Below are positions 18,978 through 27,884 of a stretch of DNA of 64,000 nucleotides, in pieces; positions within the stretch are counted from its first letter, which is position 1, and the number at the start of each line of letters is the position of its first letter. Both the position numbers and the translations under genes were made by a program. Source of the DNA: Polyangiales bacterium (GTDB lineage Bacteria > Myxococcota_A > Polyangia > Polyangiales > DASUME01); NCBI GenBank assembly GCA_046598735.1, contig JBKJIA010000075.1:5930-69929 (forward strand). Direction: 5' to 3'. The notes under the pieces are model-generated. The model worked only from the letters and a program-made list of their open reading frames with translations, was not told the origin of the DNA and ran no database searches.

Positions 18978-20085
18978 TGTCGCCGCCCTTCAAGCCGTGC
19001 TTCGGAAGGTAAACCGTAAACGAAGCGCCCTGCCCCAGCTGACTCTCTACCTGAATCCAACCCTCATGCTCGCGTGCGATGCCCTGCGCCACGGACAAGC
19101 CCAGACCCGTACCGCCATCCGCGCTTTTGGTTGAAAAGAAGGGCTCGAACACTTGCCCTATCGACTCTGGCGCAATGCCGACGCCACGATCGGTCACGTC
19201 GATGCACACGTAATCGCGCACCTTACCCTCCGGATCATCGATAGGAGCTCTCGCTTCATCGCGAACACGAACCGTCAGGGTGCCGCCGTTGGGCATCGCT
19301 TGAACGCCGTTCATGACAAGGTTGACGATCACTTGGAGAAGCTTGTCCGCGTCGCCATCGATCTCGATGGCGGGCTCTGCCAACTCGACATGGGTGTTGG
19401 TTCGATGCTTCTTCGAGATGTGCTCAGACAACATCAGTGCCTTACGCACCACGGATACCAGATCGAGACGAGAAATCTTGGCGGGCTGCATGCGCGCAAA
19501 GGATAGAATTTCGCCGATGATACGCGTCATGCGCCGCGATTGCTCGACGATCACCGACGCGCTCTGTTGCACCTCCTGGGGCGTCATCGAGTCACCTGAC
19601 AGGATAAGCTGAGCGCGCAGCTCGATCACGTTGAGCGGGTTACCAAGCTCGTGCGCAACAGAGGAGGCAAGCCTACCCAAGGTGGCGATGCGATCTGAGT
19701 GTCTTAGCTGGTCTAGCGCTGCGATGTGCGCCTCGGCCGTAAGCTGGGCCGCTTGTAGCTGATCACACATGGTGTCCATCTCGAACGCCAGGCTCCCGAT
19801 CTCGTCACGCCGTTCCAAGCCCAAACGGTTGCTGAAGTCTCCGGAGCCAACCGCCTTGGCCATCACCACGAGCCTACGAATCGGCCTGAAGACTGCGTAG
19901 TGCGCCACGCCGGTAGCGATCAAGCCTACGCCAAGGATCAACACGCTCATGACGATCAGACTCGCGCGCTGCGCCTCGAGCATGAAGAACGCCACGCAGC
20001 CCATGGCTAGCACGGCCAATAACCACAGCACGAACTTCGTTTCGAGGTCCATGCGGTCGTTCCAAGCGGACAATAGGCTGTTCAC
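18964..20085 (-). CDS. sensor histidine kinase (2 TM, HAMP, HisKA, HATPase)
   Basis: H-box SVAHELGNPL and G-boxes GTGLGLSVA. Overlaps the downstream EBP gene by 14 nt. Confidence 0.85.
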   Translation of the reverse strand: MNSLLSAWNDRMDLETKFVLWLLAVLAMGCVAFFMLEAQRASLIVMSVLILGVGLIATGVAHYAVFRPIRRLVVMAKAVGSGDFSNRLGLERRDEIGSLAFEMDTMCDQLQAAQLTAEAHIAALDQLRHSDRIATLGRLASSVAHELGNPLNVIELRAQLILSGDSMTPQEVQQSASVIVEQSRRMTRIIGEILSFARMQPAKISRLDLVSVVRKALMLSEHISKKHRTNTHVELAEPAIEIDGDADKLLQVIVNLVMNGVQAMPNGGTLTVRVRDEARAPIDDPEGKVRDYVCIDVTDRGVGIAPESIGQVFEPFFSTKSADGGTGLGLSVAQGIAREHEGWIQVESQLGQGASFTVYLPKHGLKGGDSDES

Positions 20086-20208
20086 GCCTGGCCCGTAGCA
20101 CCCTTGGCCTCGCGCATCACCACGACCGGCAGAAACTAGCCACGAAGGAACGACGAATTACCGTCTGCGCCGGGCAACGCACGCGCGATGCATCCGATGC
20201 AGGACGAT

Positions 20209-20682
20209 TCAGCGCTGCTTCTGGTAGGTACCCACGAGCTCTACTTTGCCCAGCACGTGTCCTTCCATCGCCTTCTCGAGCACGGCCTTGCTGGGCTCTG
20301 CCAGGTCGCCCAGCAACGCGTCGAGCGCGTACAGCTTGTGGAAGTAGCGATGGCGCCCGATCGGAGGACAAGGCCCGCCATAGCCAGTTCTATCCCAATC
20401 GTTCTTACCTTCGCGCGCCGTCGGCGGCAGCGGCTTGCCCCCTTCCGGTAACCCTTGCGTGGAAGGTGGCAGGTCGTAGAGCAGCCAGTGCACCCACACG
20501 CGCTGGGGTGCGGCAGGGTCAGGCGCATCGGGATCGTCGACGATCAGCACGAGACTCTTGGTCCCCGCAGGCAGGTTCCCCCAAGCCAAGGCGGGCGCTA
20601 AGTCGTCGCCCTCGCAGGTGTGCTCGCGCGGGATTTCGCCATGGTGGCGAAAGGCCGGGGACTCAAGTGTAAGCGTGGCCAT
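20209..20682 (-). CDS. YbhB/YbcL (PEBP/Raf-kinase-inhibitor-like) family protein
   Basis: DDPDAP...HW...GYGGPCPP...HRYFHKLYAL signature. Confidence 0.85.
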   Translation of the reverse strand: MATLTLESPAFRHHGEIPREHTCEGDDLAPALAWGNLPAGTKSLVLIVDDPDAPDPAAPQRVWVHWLLYDLPPSTQGLPEGGKPLPPTAREGKNDWDRTGYGGPCPPIGRHRYFHKLYALDALLGDLAEPSKAVLEKAMEGHVLGKVELVGTYQKQR

Positions 20683-20923
20683 TGCTGATCTCCTCCTTCT
20701 GGGTGTATCGCGCCCAGTCTAGCCTAGTCGACGCGAGAAGGAATTGTGCGTGATACTTCTCGCGCGGCGCGTCCTGCTCGGCGGAGGCCCGAGCCCAAGG
20801 CACTTGGCGTCGCCCGCGATGCACCCACTCGATGGAACACCCTACTATCGGCGCGCGATCCCGATTCGACATCGCAACCTAAGCAACGCCACCAGTCATG
20901 CGCCAGATGAATGAGCTCAAACC

Positions 20924-21220
20924 TTACGGTTCCTTGTGGTCTTGCCCATCCAGCGACGCTCGTAAAGCATGCAAAAGGTCTTGGGGGGGCCGGGCCGGCG
21001 TCACTTCCTCATAGGGATACTTACCTTCGATCATCCGATTCACGAAGCCACCTTTGCTACTAGCGCGCTTCAAGAACTCGTAGGCGCCCGAAGGCACGTC
21101 GCGATAGCGGTAGACGCGGCCATTTCGAAATTCGAGCTCCAGCTCTTGGGTGGCAAGGTCGTAGCCGGCTGAAATGACGGTCGTCGAAGAGAGGGGGTCA
21201 CGTCGCATGGCCCGCACCAT
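20924..21220 (-). CDS. KTSC domain-containing protein
   Basis: ISAGYD...LELEFRNGRVYRYRDVP..YEFLKRASSKGGFVNRMI matches the KTSC pattern. An internal start was chosen in ORF 20924..21427. Confidence 0.7.
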   Translation of the reverse strand: MVRAMRRDPLSSTTVISAGYDLATQELELEFRNGRVYRYRDVPSGAYEFLKRASSKGGFVNRMIEGKYPYEEVTPARPPQDLLHALRASLDGQDHKEP

Positions 21221-21362
21221 GACTCGTTTTCGTAGGTAGGGCGAGCGAGCACCCTGCAGGGCGCGCGTCGCTGTGCTGTGCGAAGAGTCCTGCCTGCGAT
21301 CTGGATGGGCAAGGGCACCAGCCGGTGAGCCGCGCGCAGATCCTTCGCAAGCTTGAGCGAGG

Positions 21363-21377
21363 GCGCAGCGATTGCGC
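21363..21377. promoter_or_regulatory. palindrome GCGCA-GCGAT-TGCGC (candidate EBP binding site)
   Basis: Perfect 5+5 inverted arms, 42 bp upstream of the -24 element at 21419. A degenerate second copy (GCGCA-GAATC-CGCGA) lies at 21385..21399, 22 bp away centre to centre. Confidence 0.45.
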
Positions 21378-21418
21378 GTGATCCGCGCAGAATCCGCGAA
21401 TCCACCCGCATTACGAGG

Positions 21419-21434
21419 TGGCACCAAGTTTGCG
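21419..21434 (+). promoter_or_regulatory. candidate sigma-54 promoter ahead of the cco/cbb3 cluster
   Basis: TGGCAC-CAAGT-TTGCG, a full match to TGGCAC-N5-TTGC. Predicted TSS is at about 21445. Confidence 0.55.
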
Positions 21435-21449
21435 ATGGCGCCTGTCGAG

Positions 21450-22136
21450 ATGAATGGTCTGGTTGTCGCAGCGTTCTCCGGCGCAAGTCTCGCAGTCGTT
21501 AGCAGCGCACATTGCGCCGTGATGTGTGGGCCAGTGGTGATGGCTTCGAGCGCGCGCAGTGGCGGTGGTGGTTTACGCTACTTTAGCGGGCGCTTAGTCA
21601 CCTATACCCTCCTTGGTGCGCTCGCTGGCAGTAGTGGCCATCTGCTGACTTCCTTGGGGCCTACCAAGTGGATCGAAGCGGCTCTGTCATGGGCACTGGC
21701 CGTGGCGCTGCTCGCTTCTGCCGTGCGCTATCTGTCGCCAGCGCGTGTAGCCGCCCCGATCAAGCTTCACCGTAAGCCAAGAGTAAGCCTAGTCAGTCGA
21801 CTCTTGGCCGCCGTGGCGGATGATCCCCTGCTGCTCGGTGCGGCCACGGCGCTACTGCCCTGTGGCGTGCTGTTCACCGCGCTCGTAGCGGCCGCAGCCC
21901 TAAGATCTCCCGCGGCTGGCGCCATGGTCATGGCGACTTTTGCCAGTCTGTCTGGCCTTGCATTGATTGGTATGTCGAGCCTCGGACATCGGCTATCGCT
22001 CGGCGCGTCGGGACGTCGCGTGCTGGCCGTGGGTCTGCTTGCAGGCGCCGCGCTAATGATTTGGCGGCCCATCCCCATGTTGCGCAGCACGGGTAACGTG
22101 CCCGCCTGTCACGCGCACGTTGCAGAGGCGCATTAG
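21450..22136 (+). CDS. TauE/SafE- or DsbD_2-like membrane protein associated with cbb3 maturation clusters
   Basis: Polytopic membrane protein with the N-terminal SSAHCAVMCGP motif. ATG 21435 is an alternative start but lies upstream of the predicted TSS. Confidence 0.65.
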   Translation: MNGLVVAAFSGASLAVVSSAHCAVMCGPVVMASSARSGGGGLRYFSGRLVTYTLLGALAGSSGHLLTSLGPTKWIEAALSWALAVALLASAVRYLSPARVAAPIKLHRKPRVSLVSRLLAAVADDPLLLGAATALLPCGVLFTALVAAAALRSPAAGAMVMATFASLSGLALIGMSSLGHRLSLGASGRRVLAVGLLAGAALMIWRPIPMLRSTGNVPACHAHVAEAH

Positions 22137-22138
22137 TC

Positions 22139-24532
22139 ATGCAGCTTGCCAGCAACATCGCGACGCCACGCGCGCATGCCAGCGCGCTCGATGCCTTGTG
22201 CACACACTGCCGCCAACCCTTACCTCGCGGCGCGCGCTCGACGTTCTGTTGCGAAGGCTGCGAGCGTGTGCATGAGCTGCTAACTCGTTCCGGCCTCGAT
22301 CGTTACTACAGCCTGCGCGGCGAACAGCGTCTCGCGCCGGTCGGCGAGCAAGTCCACGGCCAACACACCTGGCTCGATGCGCTGGAGGCAGACACGGCGG
22401 GGCAGCCCGTGCGTCGGGTTTCCTTCGACGTGCAGGGCATCCAATGCGGTGCCTGCGCTTGGCTTATCGAAGCGCTGTTTCGCCGCGCCACGGATGGCTA
22501 TCGCATCGAGGTCAACCCCGCGCTCGGGCGCATTCTGTGCAGCGTCGGACCTGCGTTTTCGCTGCACGCGTTCGTCGCAAGCCTGGAGGAGCTCGGCTAC
22601 CGGCTGGGCCCTGCGACGAAAGCCATCTCCAGTCAGTCGGAGGGCCTGGTCCTGCGCACGGGGATCTGTCTCGCGCTCGCTGCCAACACGGTCTTACTCA
22701 GCGCGACCACTTACTTCGGTCTGGCCGAGGGTCCGATCTTCGAGCTCGTTCAAAACATAAGCTTTGCGCTCGCCACTCTGAGCGCACTCGTCGGTGGCAG
22801 TTACTTCGTCGATCGCGCCTATCAGGGCCTGCGTCGCGGCGTGTTGCACCTGGACCTTCCCATCGCCGTAGGCATGGGTCTCGCTTATGCGGGCTCGGCC
22901 TGGTCGGTATACTTCGGCGGCGGTCACGCGAGTTACCTCGACACAGTGAGTGTGTTCATCGCACTGATGTTGGTAGGCCGGCTGCTGCAGGAACGTCTGG
23001 TTGAAAAAAACCGCCGTCAGCTGCTCGCAAGCGACGGCTCGAGCGGTCTACTGGCACGCCGCGTGCGCGACGGACGTACCGAGCTTGTGCCTTGTCCCAC
23101 CTTACTATTGGGCGACGAGCTCCTGGTCTGCCCGGGCGAGATCGTACCGGTCCGCGCACGGCTCGAAGATAACCATGCGGAATGTTCCCTGGACTGGATC
23201 AACGGCGAAAGTGAACCGCGGACATTCGTGCACCGCCAAGAGCTCCCCGCAGGCGCAATCAATGTCGGCAAGAGTGCACTCTCGATCACGGCCCTTGCCA
23301 GTTTCGAACGCTCAGACCTGGATGTGCTGCTGCGCGACGACGCGAGTCACAAAGCACGCTCAACCGGCGACTTCTGGGACCTGCTCTCACGCATCTACGT
23401 GGTGCTGGTGCTGGTGGCCACGGCCGTAGGTGCCGCGATCTGGCTGCTGCGCGGAGCCCCGATTCTGCAGGTGCTCGACGTGTGCACCGCCGTGTTGGTG
23501 GTAACCTGTCCGTGCGCCTTTGGGATCGCCACTCCTCTCGCGTACGAGCTAGCTGTCAGCGGATTGCGCAACGCGGGATTGTTTGTAAGGGATGGCAGCT
23601 TCTTCGATCGCGCAGCGAGCATCAAGCGCATCGTTTTCGACAAGACCGGCACGCTCACCACCGGCAGCCTGGTACTGCGCACGCCCGAGCAGCTATCCAC
23701 CCTGGATTTCGCGAGCCGCCAGGCGCTTTATGATCTTAGTGCACGCAGTAACCATCCCAAGAGCATGGCTGTCGCCAATGCACTGCGCGAGCTCGATGAT
23801 CACGTGCGCCTAAGTCAAACGCTCGTCACGGAAATGCCTGGCCGAGGCCTAGAGCTCTCGCGCGCCGGCGTCACCTATCGCTTCGGCGAGCCGCGCTGGG
23901 CAACGGGCTCTGCTGCCACCTCCGTGTCTTGTGGTCCCGTTCTGACTCGGGATGGCGTAACGGTGGCCGTCTTGGAGAGTGCGGAAGTGTCCCGTCCAGA
24001 TGCCGTCGAAGAAGCACACGCCTTAGTCGCAGACGGTTACACACTCTGGATCGCCAGCGGAGACGAACAGTCCCGCGTTGATCTGATGGCAAACACCCTT
24101 GGAATTCAGGCCGACCAAGCGATCGGTAACCTGAGCCCAGAAGCCAAGTGTTCCCTTATCGCCGACCTGGATCGCAACGACACCCTGATGATCGGCGACG
24201 GCATCAACGATGGTCCTGCGCTGTCTAGGGCGCGTTGCTCTGGAACGCCTGCCGTGGATCGCCCATTCGTCCCGGCGCGCGCAGACTTCTACTTCTTGAC
24301 GCCGGGCCTGGCACCTGTGCGCGTGGCCCTGCGTGCCGCACGTGCGGTGCGAAAGGTCGTGCGCCACGCGCTCGCCTTTGCCACCTTATATAATGTCTTT
24401 GCGGTCGCGCTCTGTTACGCAGGGCTGATGCGACCCTGGCTGGCTGCTGTGTTGATGCCAGCCAGCTCGCTCTTGGTGCTTGGCTACACCGCCTTTGCAT
24501 TGTCGCCGCGGAGACCGCTGTGGAGGTCGTAG
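22139..24532 (+). CDS. ccoI: copper-translocating P1B-type ATPase, CcoI/FixI-like
   Basis: N-terminal Cys-rich metal-binding region, HMA-like GIQCGACA, CPC motif (TCPCAFG), DKTGTLT and GDGINDGPAL. Located beside ccoS/ccoNO. Confidence 0.85.
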   Translation: MQLASNIATPRAHASALDALCTHCRQPLPRGARSTFCCEGCERVHELLTRSGLDRYYSLRGEQRLAPVGEQVHGQHTWLDALEADTAGQPVRRVSFDVQGIQCGACAWLIEALFRRATDGYRIEVNPALGRILCSVGPAFSLHAFVASLEELGYRLGPATKAISSQSEGLVLRTGICLALAANTVLLSATTYFGLAEGPIFELVQNISFALATLSALVGGSYFVDRAYQGLRRGVLHLDLPIAVGMGLAYAGSAWSVYFGGGHASYLDTVSVFIALMLVGRLLQERLVEKNRRQLLASDGSSGLLARRVRDGRTELVPCPTLLLGDELLVCPGEIVPVRARLEDNHAECSLDWINGESEPRTFVHRQELPAGAINVGKSALSITALASFERSDLDVLLRDDASHKARSTGDFWDLLSRIYVVLVLVATAVGAAIWLLRGAPILQVLDVCTAVLVVTCPCAFGIATPLAYELAVSGLRNAGLFVRDGSFFDRAASIKRIVFDKTGTLTTGSLVLRTPEQLSTLDFASRQALYDLSARSNHPKSMAVANALRELDDHVRLSQTLVTEMPGRGLELSRAGVTYRFGEPRWATGSAATSVSCGPVLTRDGVTVAVLESAEVSRPDAVEEAHALVADGYTLWIASGDEQSRVDLMANTLGIQADQAIGNLSPEAKCSLIADLDRNDTLMIGDGINDGPALSRARCSGTPAVDRPFVPARADFYFLTPGLAPVRVALRAARAVRKVVRHALAFATLYNVFAVALCYAGLMRPWLAAVLMPASSLLVLGYTAFALSPRRPLWRS

Positions 24533-24732
24533 CACTCTTACTGTTCATCGGTGCGGTCTGGGTGCTCTTCGCACTCGGCCTGTTCGCCTGGAGCTTGCTG
24601 CAGAAGAATCACGAGCACGCGGACCGCCTCGCGCTGCTTCCCCTTGAAGACAATTGGCACGATCGCGCCGCGGGAGCATTAGACGCGCTGCCCGGGCACG
24701 ACACGAAAGAGAGAAAGGCCCCAGTCCCATGA
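24520..24732 (+). CDS. ccoS: cbb3 oxidase maturation protein CcoS/FixS
   Basis: 70 aa with a single TM helix followed by an acidic tail. GTG start. ATGA overlap with ccoNO. Confidence 0.7.
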   Translation: MEVVALLLFIGAVWVLFALGLFAWSLLQKNHEHADRLALLPLEDNWHDRAAGALDALPGHDTKERKAPVP

Positions 24733-27098
24733 CGTCCGCATCCCTGGGCGCGCAGTCCACCGACCTGAGTGTCGGACCGCGCACCGTCACCTTCCGCTAC
24801 GACGACCGCATCGTAAACCAGTTCATCTGGGCATCGGTGGTCTTTGGGCTCGTTGGGCTCCTGGTGGGCCTGCTGATCGCGCTGCAGCTGGCCTTCTGGC
24901 AGGCCAACATGGGACCTTATCTAAGCTTTGGGCGGCTGCGTCCATTGCATACCAATGCAGTCATCTTTGCCTTCGTCGGCAATATGATCTTCGCGGGCGT
25001 TTACTACAGCACGCAACGTCTGCTCAAGACACGCATGGCCTCTGACGTACTGAGTCGCATTCACTTCTGGGGCTGGCAAGCGATCATCGTCGCGGCGGCC
25101 ATCACCCTTCCACTTGGCTTCACCCAGGCCAAGGAGTACGCGGAGCTCGAGTGGCCTATCGATCTCGCGATCGCAGTCATCTGGGTCATCTTCGCCATCA
25201 ACTTCTTTTGGACTTTGGCCCAGCGCCGCGAAAAGCAGCTGTATGTGGCGCTTTGGTTCTATATCGCCACGCTGATCGCCGTCACGGTCCTACACGTGAT
25301 CAACAGCCTCGCCATCCCCGTGTTCGCGTTCAAGAGTTACAGCGTGTTTGGAGGCGTGCAAGACGCCCTCGTGCAGTGGTGGTACGGGCACAACGCCGTC
25401 GCGTTCTTCCTCACCACCCCCGTGCTTGGCATCATGTACTACTTCTTGCCCAAGGCGGCAGATCGACCGGTCTTCTCCTATCGGCTTTCGATCATCCACT
25501 TCTGGGCGCTGGTATTCATGTACATCTGGGCGGGTCCTCACCATCTCTTGTACACGGCCCTGCCGGATTGGGCCCAGAGCCTCGGCATGGTCTTCAGTAT
25601 CATGTTGTGGGCCCCGAGCTGGGGTGGCATGTTGAACGGCCTACTTACCTTGCGGGGCGCCTGGCATAAGCTGCGCACGGATCCAGTGCTCAAATTCTTT
25701 GCAGCGGGTGTCACGTTCTACGGCATGGCCACCTTCGAAGGCCCCTTACTAAGCATCAAGTCGGTGAACGGCTTGGCGCACTATACCGATTGGATCGTGG
25801 GCCACGTACACGCAGGTGCCCTGGGCTGGAACGGCTTCATGGCCGCCGGCATGTTCTATTTTCTATTGCCGCGTCTCTATCGCACCACGCTGTATTCACG
25901 AGCCGCCGCGGACTTTCACTTCTACATCGGCACCGTCGGTATCCTGCTCTACGTTATCTCGATGTGGGTAAGTGGCATCACCCAGGGCCTCATGTGGCGC
26001 GCGGTCAACGAGGGCGGCGGGCTCATGTACCCGAACTTCGTAGAGACACTGCTCGCGATCAAGCCGATGTACTGGATGCGCCTGACTGGCGGATCGTTCT
26101 ACCTGATAGGCTTTCTGATCATGATCTGGAACCTGGTCATGACCGCACGCAGCGGCTCCCTGGCGGATGAAGAAGTCAGCACGATCGAGCTGCGCGATCC
26201 GACCCCGAAAACACCGTGGCAGGACATCGCCTTTGGCAAACCGGTCATCATCTCGGTCGTCATCTCCCTGCTATTTGCGCTATTTCCTTTCGTCGAACCC
26301 ATCGCCAACGTGGCGCTGATGGGTATGGTCGTGGGCATTGGTTTACTTGCATCTCTATCCCTGACTGAAAAGCGTCGCGACCGCCCCACTTGGCATGCGG
26401 TGCTGGAAGGACGCGCCGTATGGTTCACTTCCTTTACGGTCGTGGCAGTGCTCGCAGGCGGCGTCTCTGAGCTTATCCCCATCATCATCACGGGCCACCA
26501 GACCTTGGTGAGCACCAAGAACGTTCCCTACCGCGCCCTTGAGCTCGAAGGGCGCGACGTGTACGTGAAAGAGGGTTGCTACAACTGCCATTCTCAGATG
26601 ATTCGGCCGTTCAAATGGGAGACCGCGCGCTACGGCGAAGTTTCCACGGCCGACGAATCCATCTTTGATCACCCTTTCCAGTGGGGATCCAAGCGTACGG
26701 GACCGGACCTTGCACGCGTGGGCACCAAGTACAGCCCTGCCTGGCATTACCGTCATATGATCGACCCGCGCGAGATCTCGCCCGGCTCCAACATGCCGAG
26801 CTACGCGCACTTGGCCCACACTAAGATCGATTTTGGCACCTCGACCGACAAGCTGCGCGCGATGCGCTCGATAGGTGTTCCCTACTCCGCAGGACAGGTG
26901 GCCAATGCAAGCGCAGACGCGCGGCTGCTTGCCCAGCAAATCACGCAGGAGCTCGCCCAAAGTGGCGAAACGAACGTGGCGCCAGACAGCGAGCTCGTGG
27001 CCCTGATCAGCTTCTTGCAGCGCCTGGGTAAGCCCGGCCTTGCACCCCCGAGCGGCGTCGAAGCACCGCTCAAAGTCAGCCTGCGCGGAGGTGAGTGA
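24729..27098 (+). CDS. ccoNO: cbb3-type cytochrome c oxidase, fused subunits I and II (CcoN-CcoO)
   Basis: 12+ TM heme-copper oxidase core with His ligands. The C-terminal part carries the CcoO heme motif CYNCHSQMIRPF. Start is ATG 24729 in ORF 24654..27098. Confidence 0.9.
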   Translation: MTSASLGAQSTDLSVGPRTVTFRYDDRIVNQFIWASVVFGLVGLLVGLLIALQLAFWQANMGPYLSFGRLRPLHTNAVIFAFVGNMIFAGVYYSTQRLLKTRMASDVLSRIHFWGWQAIIVAAAITLPLGFTQAKEYAELEWPIDLAIAVIWVIFAINFFWTLAQRREKQLYVALWFYIATLIAVTVLHVINSLAIPVFAFKSYSVFGGVQDALVQWWYGHNAVAFFLTTPVLGIMYYFLPKAADRPVFSYRLSIIHFWALVFMYIWAGPHHLLYTALPDWAQSLGMVFSIMLWAPSWGGMLNGLLTLRGAWHKLRTDPVLKFFAAGVTFYGMATFEGPLLSIKSVNGLAHYTDWIVGHVHAGALGWNGFMAAGMFYFLLPRLYRTTLYSRAAADFHFYIGTVGILLYVISMWVSGITQGLMWRAVNEGGGLMYPNFVETLLAIKPMYWMRLTGGSFYLIGFLIMIWNLVMTARSGSLADEEVSTIELRDPTPKTPWQDIAFGKPVIISVVISLLFALFPFVEPIANVALMGMVVGIGLLASLSLTEKRRDRPTWHAVLEGRAVWFTSFTVVAVLAGGVSELIPIIITGHQTLVSTKNVPYRALELEGRDVYVKEGCYNCHSQMIRPFKWETARYGEVSTADESIFDHPFQWGSKRTGPDLARVGTKYSPAWHYRHMIDPREISPGSNMPSYAHLAHTKIDFGTSTDKLRAMRSIGVPYSAGQVANASADARLLAQQITQELAQSGETNVAPDSELVALISFLQRLGKPGLAPPSGVEAPLKVSLRGGE

Positions 27099-27301
27099 TG
27101 TTGAGTCTGGTCGCTTTGGATTTCTTTCAGAAGAGTCCCATGCTGGTCTTCCCGTTGTTGGCGTTGGCGCTCTTCATGTTGGTCTTCTTCGTGGTCACGG
27201 TTCGCACGGTACTGACCCAGAAGTCCCGATATGAGGCGGTCGCGCGCCTTCCGCTCGAAAACCAAAGCTCAGCCTCGCATCAGGAGGTGGTTCGTGAGTA
27301 A
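27095..27301 (+). CDS. ccoQ: small membrane subunit, CcoQ-like
   Basis: 68 aa with one TM helix, positioned between ccoNO and ccoP. Confidence 0.5.
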   Translation: MMLSLVALDFFQKSPMLVFPLLALALFMLVFFVVTVRTVLTQKSRYEAVARLPLENQSSASHQEVVRE

Positions 27302-27884
27302 GCCAGAGCGTATCGTCGACGCCATTCAGGGCGAGATCATCCACGTCTACGACGGCATTCAAGAGGCAGACAACCGTCTACCCGTGTGGTGGTTGTGGAC
27401 ATTCTTCGGCGCCATCCTCTTCTCCATAGGATACTGGTTCTGGTACGAGGAATTCGAAGCTGCTCCCGGCCTCACCCAGGCCTACTTCATCGAGCGCGAA
27501 AGCGAGCAAGAGAAGCAGGGTAAGGATCCCACCGATGCCCAACTGATGGCTCAGCTCGGCACACCGGCGGTAAGCGCTGGCGCGCAGCTCTTCGCGACGA
27601 ACTGCGTGGTGTGTCACGAGACCAAGGGGCAAGGTAAGATCGGTCCCAACCTGACTGATCCGCTCTGGATCCATGGCGGTGAGCCACTCGCGATATACAA
27701 AACGGTTCGAGATGGTGTGCCTGCCAAGGGCATGCCCTCGTGGGGTCCACTTCTGGGTCGCGCGAGCGCGCTCCAGCTCACGGCGTTCGTCCTATCCATT
27801 CGCGATAGCAATGTGCCAGGTAAGGCGCCGGAGGGTGAGCCCATGACCGCTGGTATCGCTCCGTCACCCTCGGCTTCGCCATGA
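27294..27884 (+). CDS. ccoP: cbb3-type cytochrome c oxidase subunit III (CcoP), monoheme form
   Basis: FixP N-terminal motif DGIQEADNRLPVWW, a TM helix and a single CVVCH heme site. GTG 27294 is preceded by AGGAGG. Confidence 0.8.
   Translation: MSKPERIVDAIQGEIIHVYDGIQEADNRLPVWWLWTFFGAILFSIGYWFWYEEFEAAPGLTQAYFIERESEQEKQGKDPTDAQLMAQLGTPAVSAGAQLFATNCVVCHETKGQGKIGPNLTDPLWIHGGEPLAIYKTVRDGVPAKGMPSWGPLLGRASALQLTAFVLSIRDSNVPGKAPEGEPMTAGIAPSPSASP

Noticed and set aside
21372-21449. Upstream extension of the first cco-cluster gene (TTG 21372 or ATG 21435).
   Set aside because: The extension would read through the dyad and the full-match -24/-12 element. The family-typical N-terminus (hydrophobic helix then HCxxMCGP) starts at ATG 21450.
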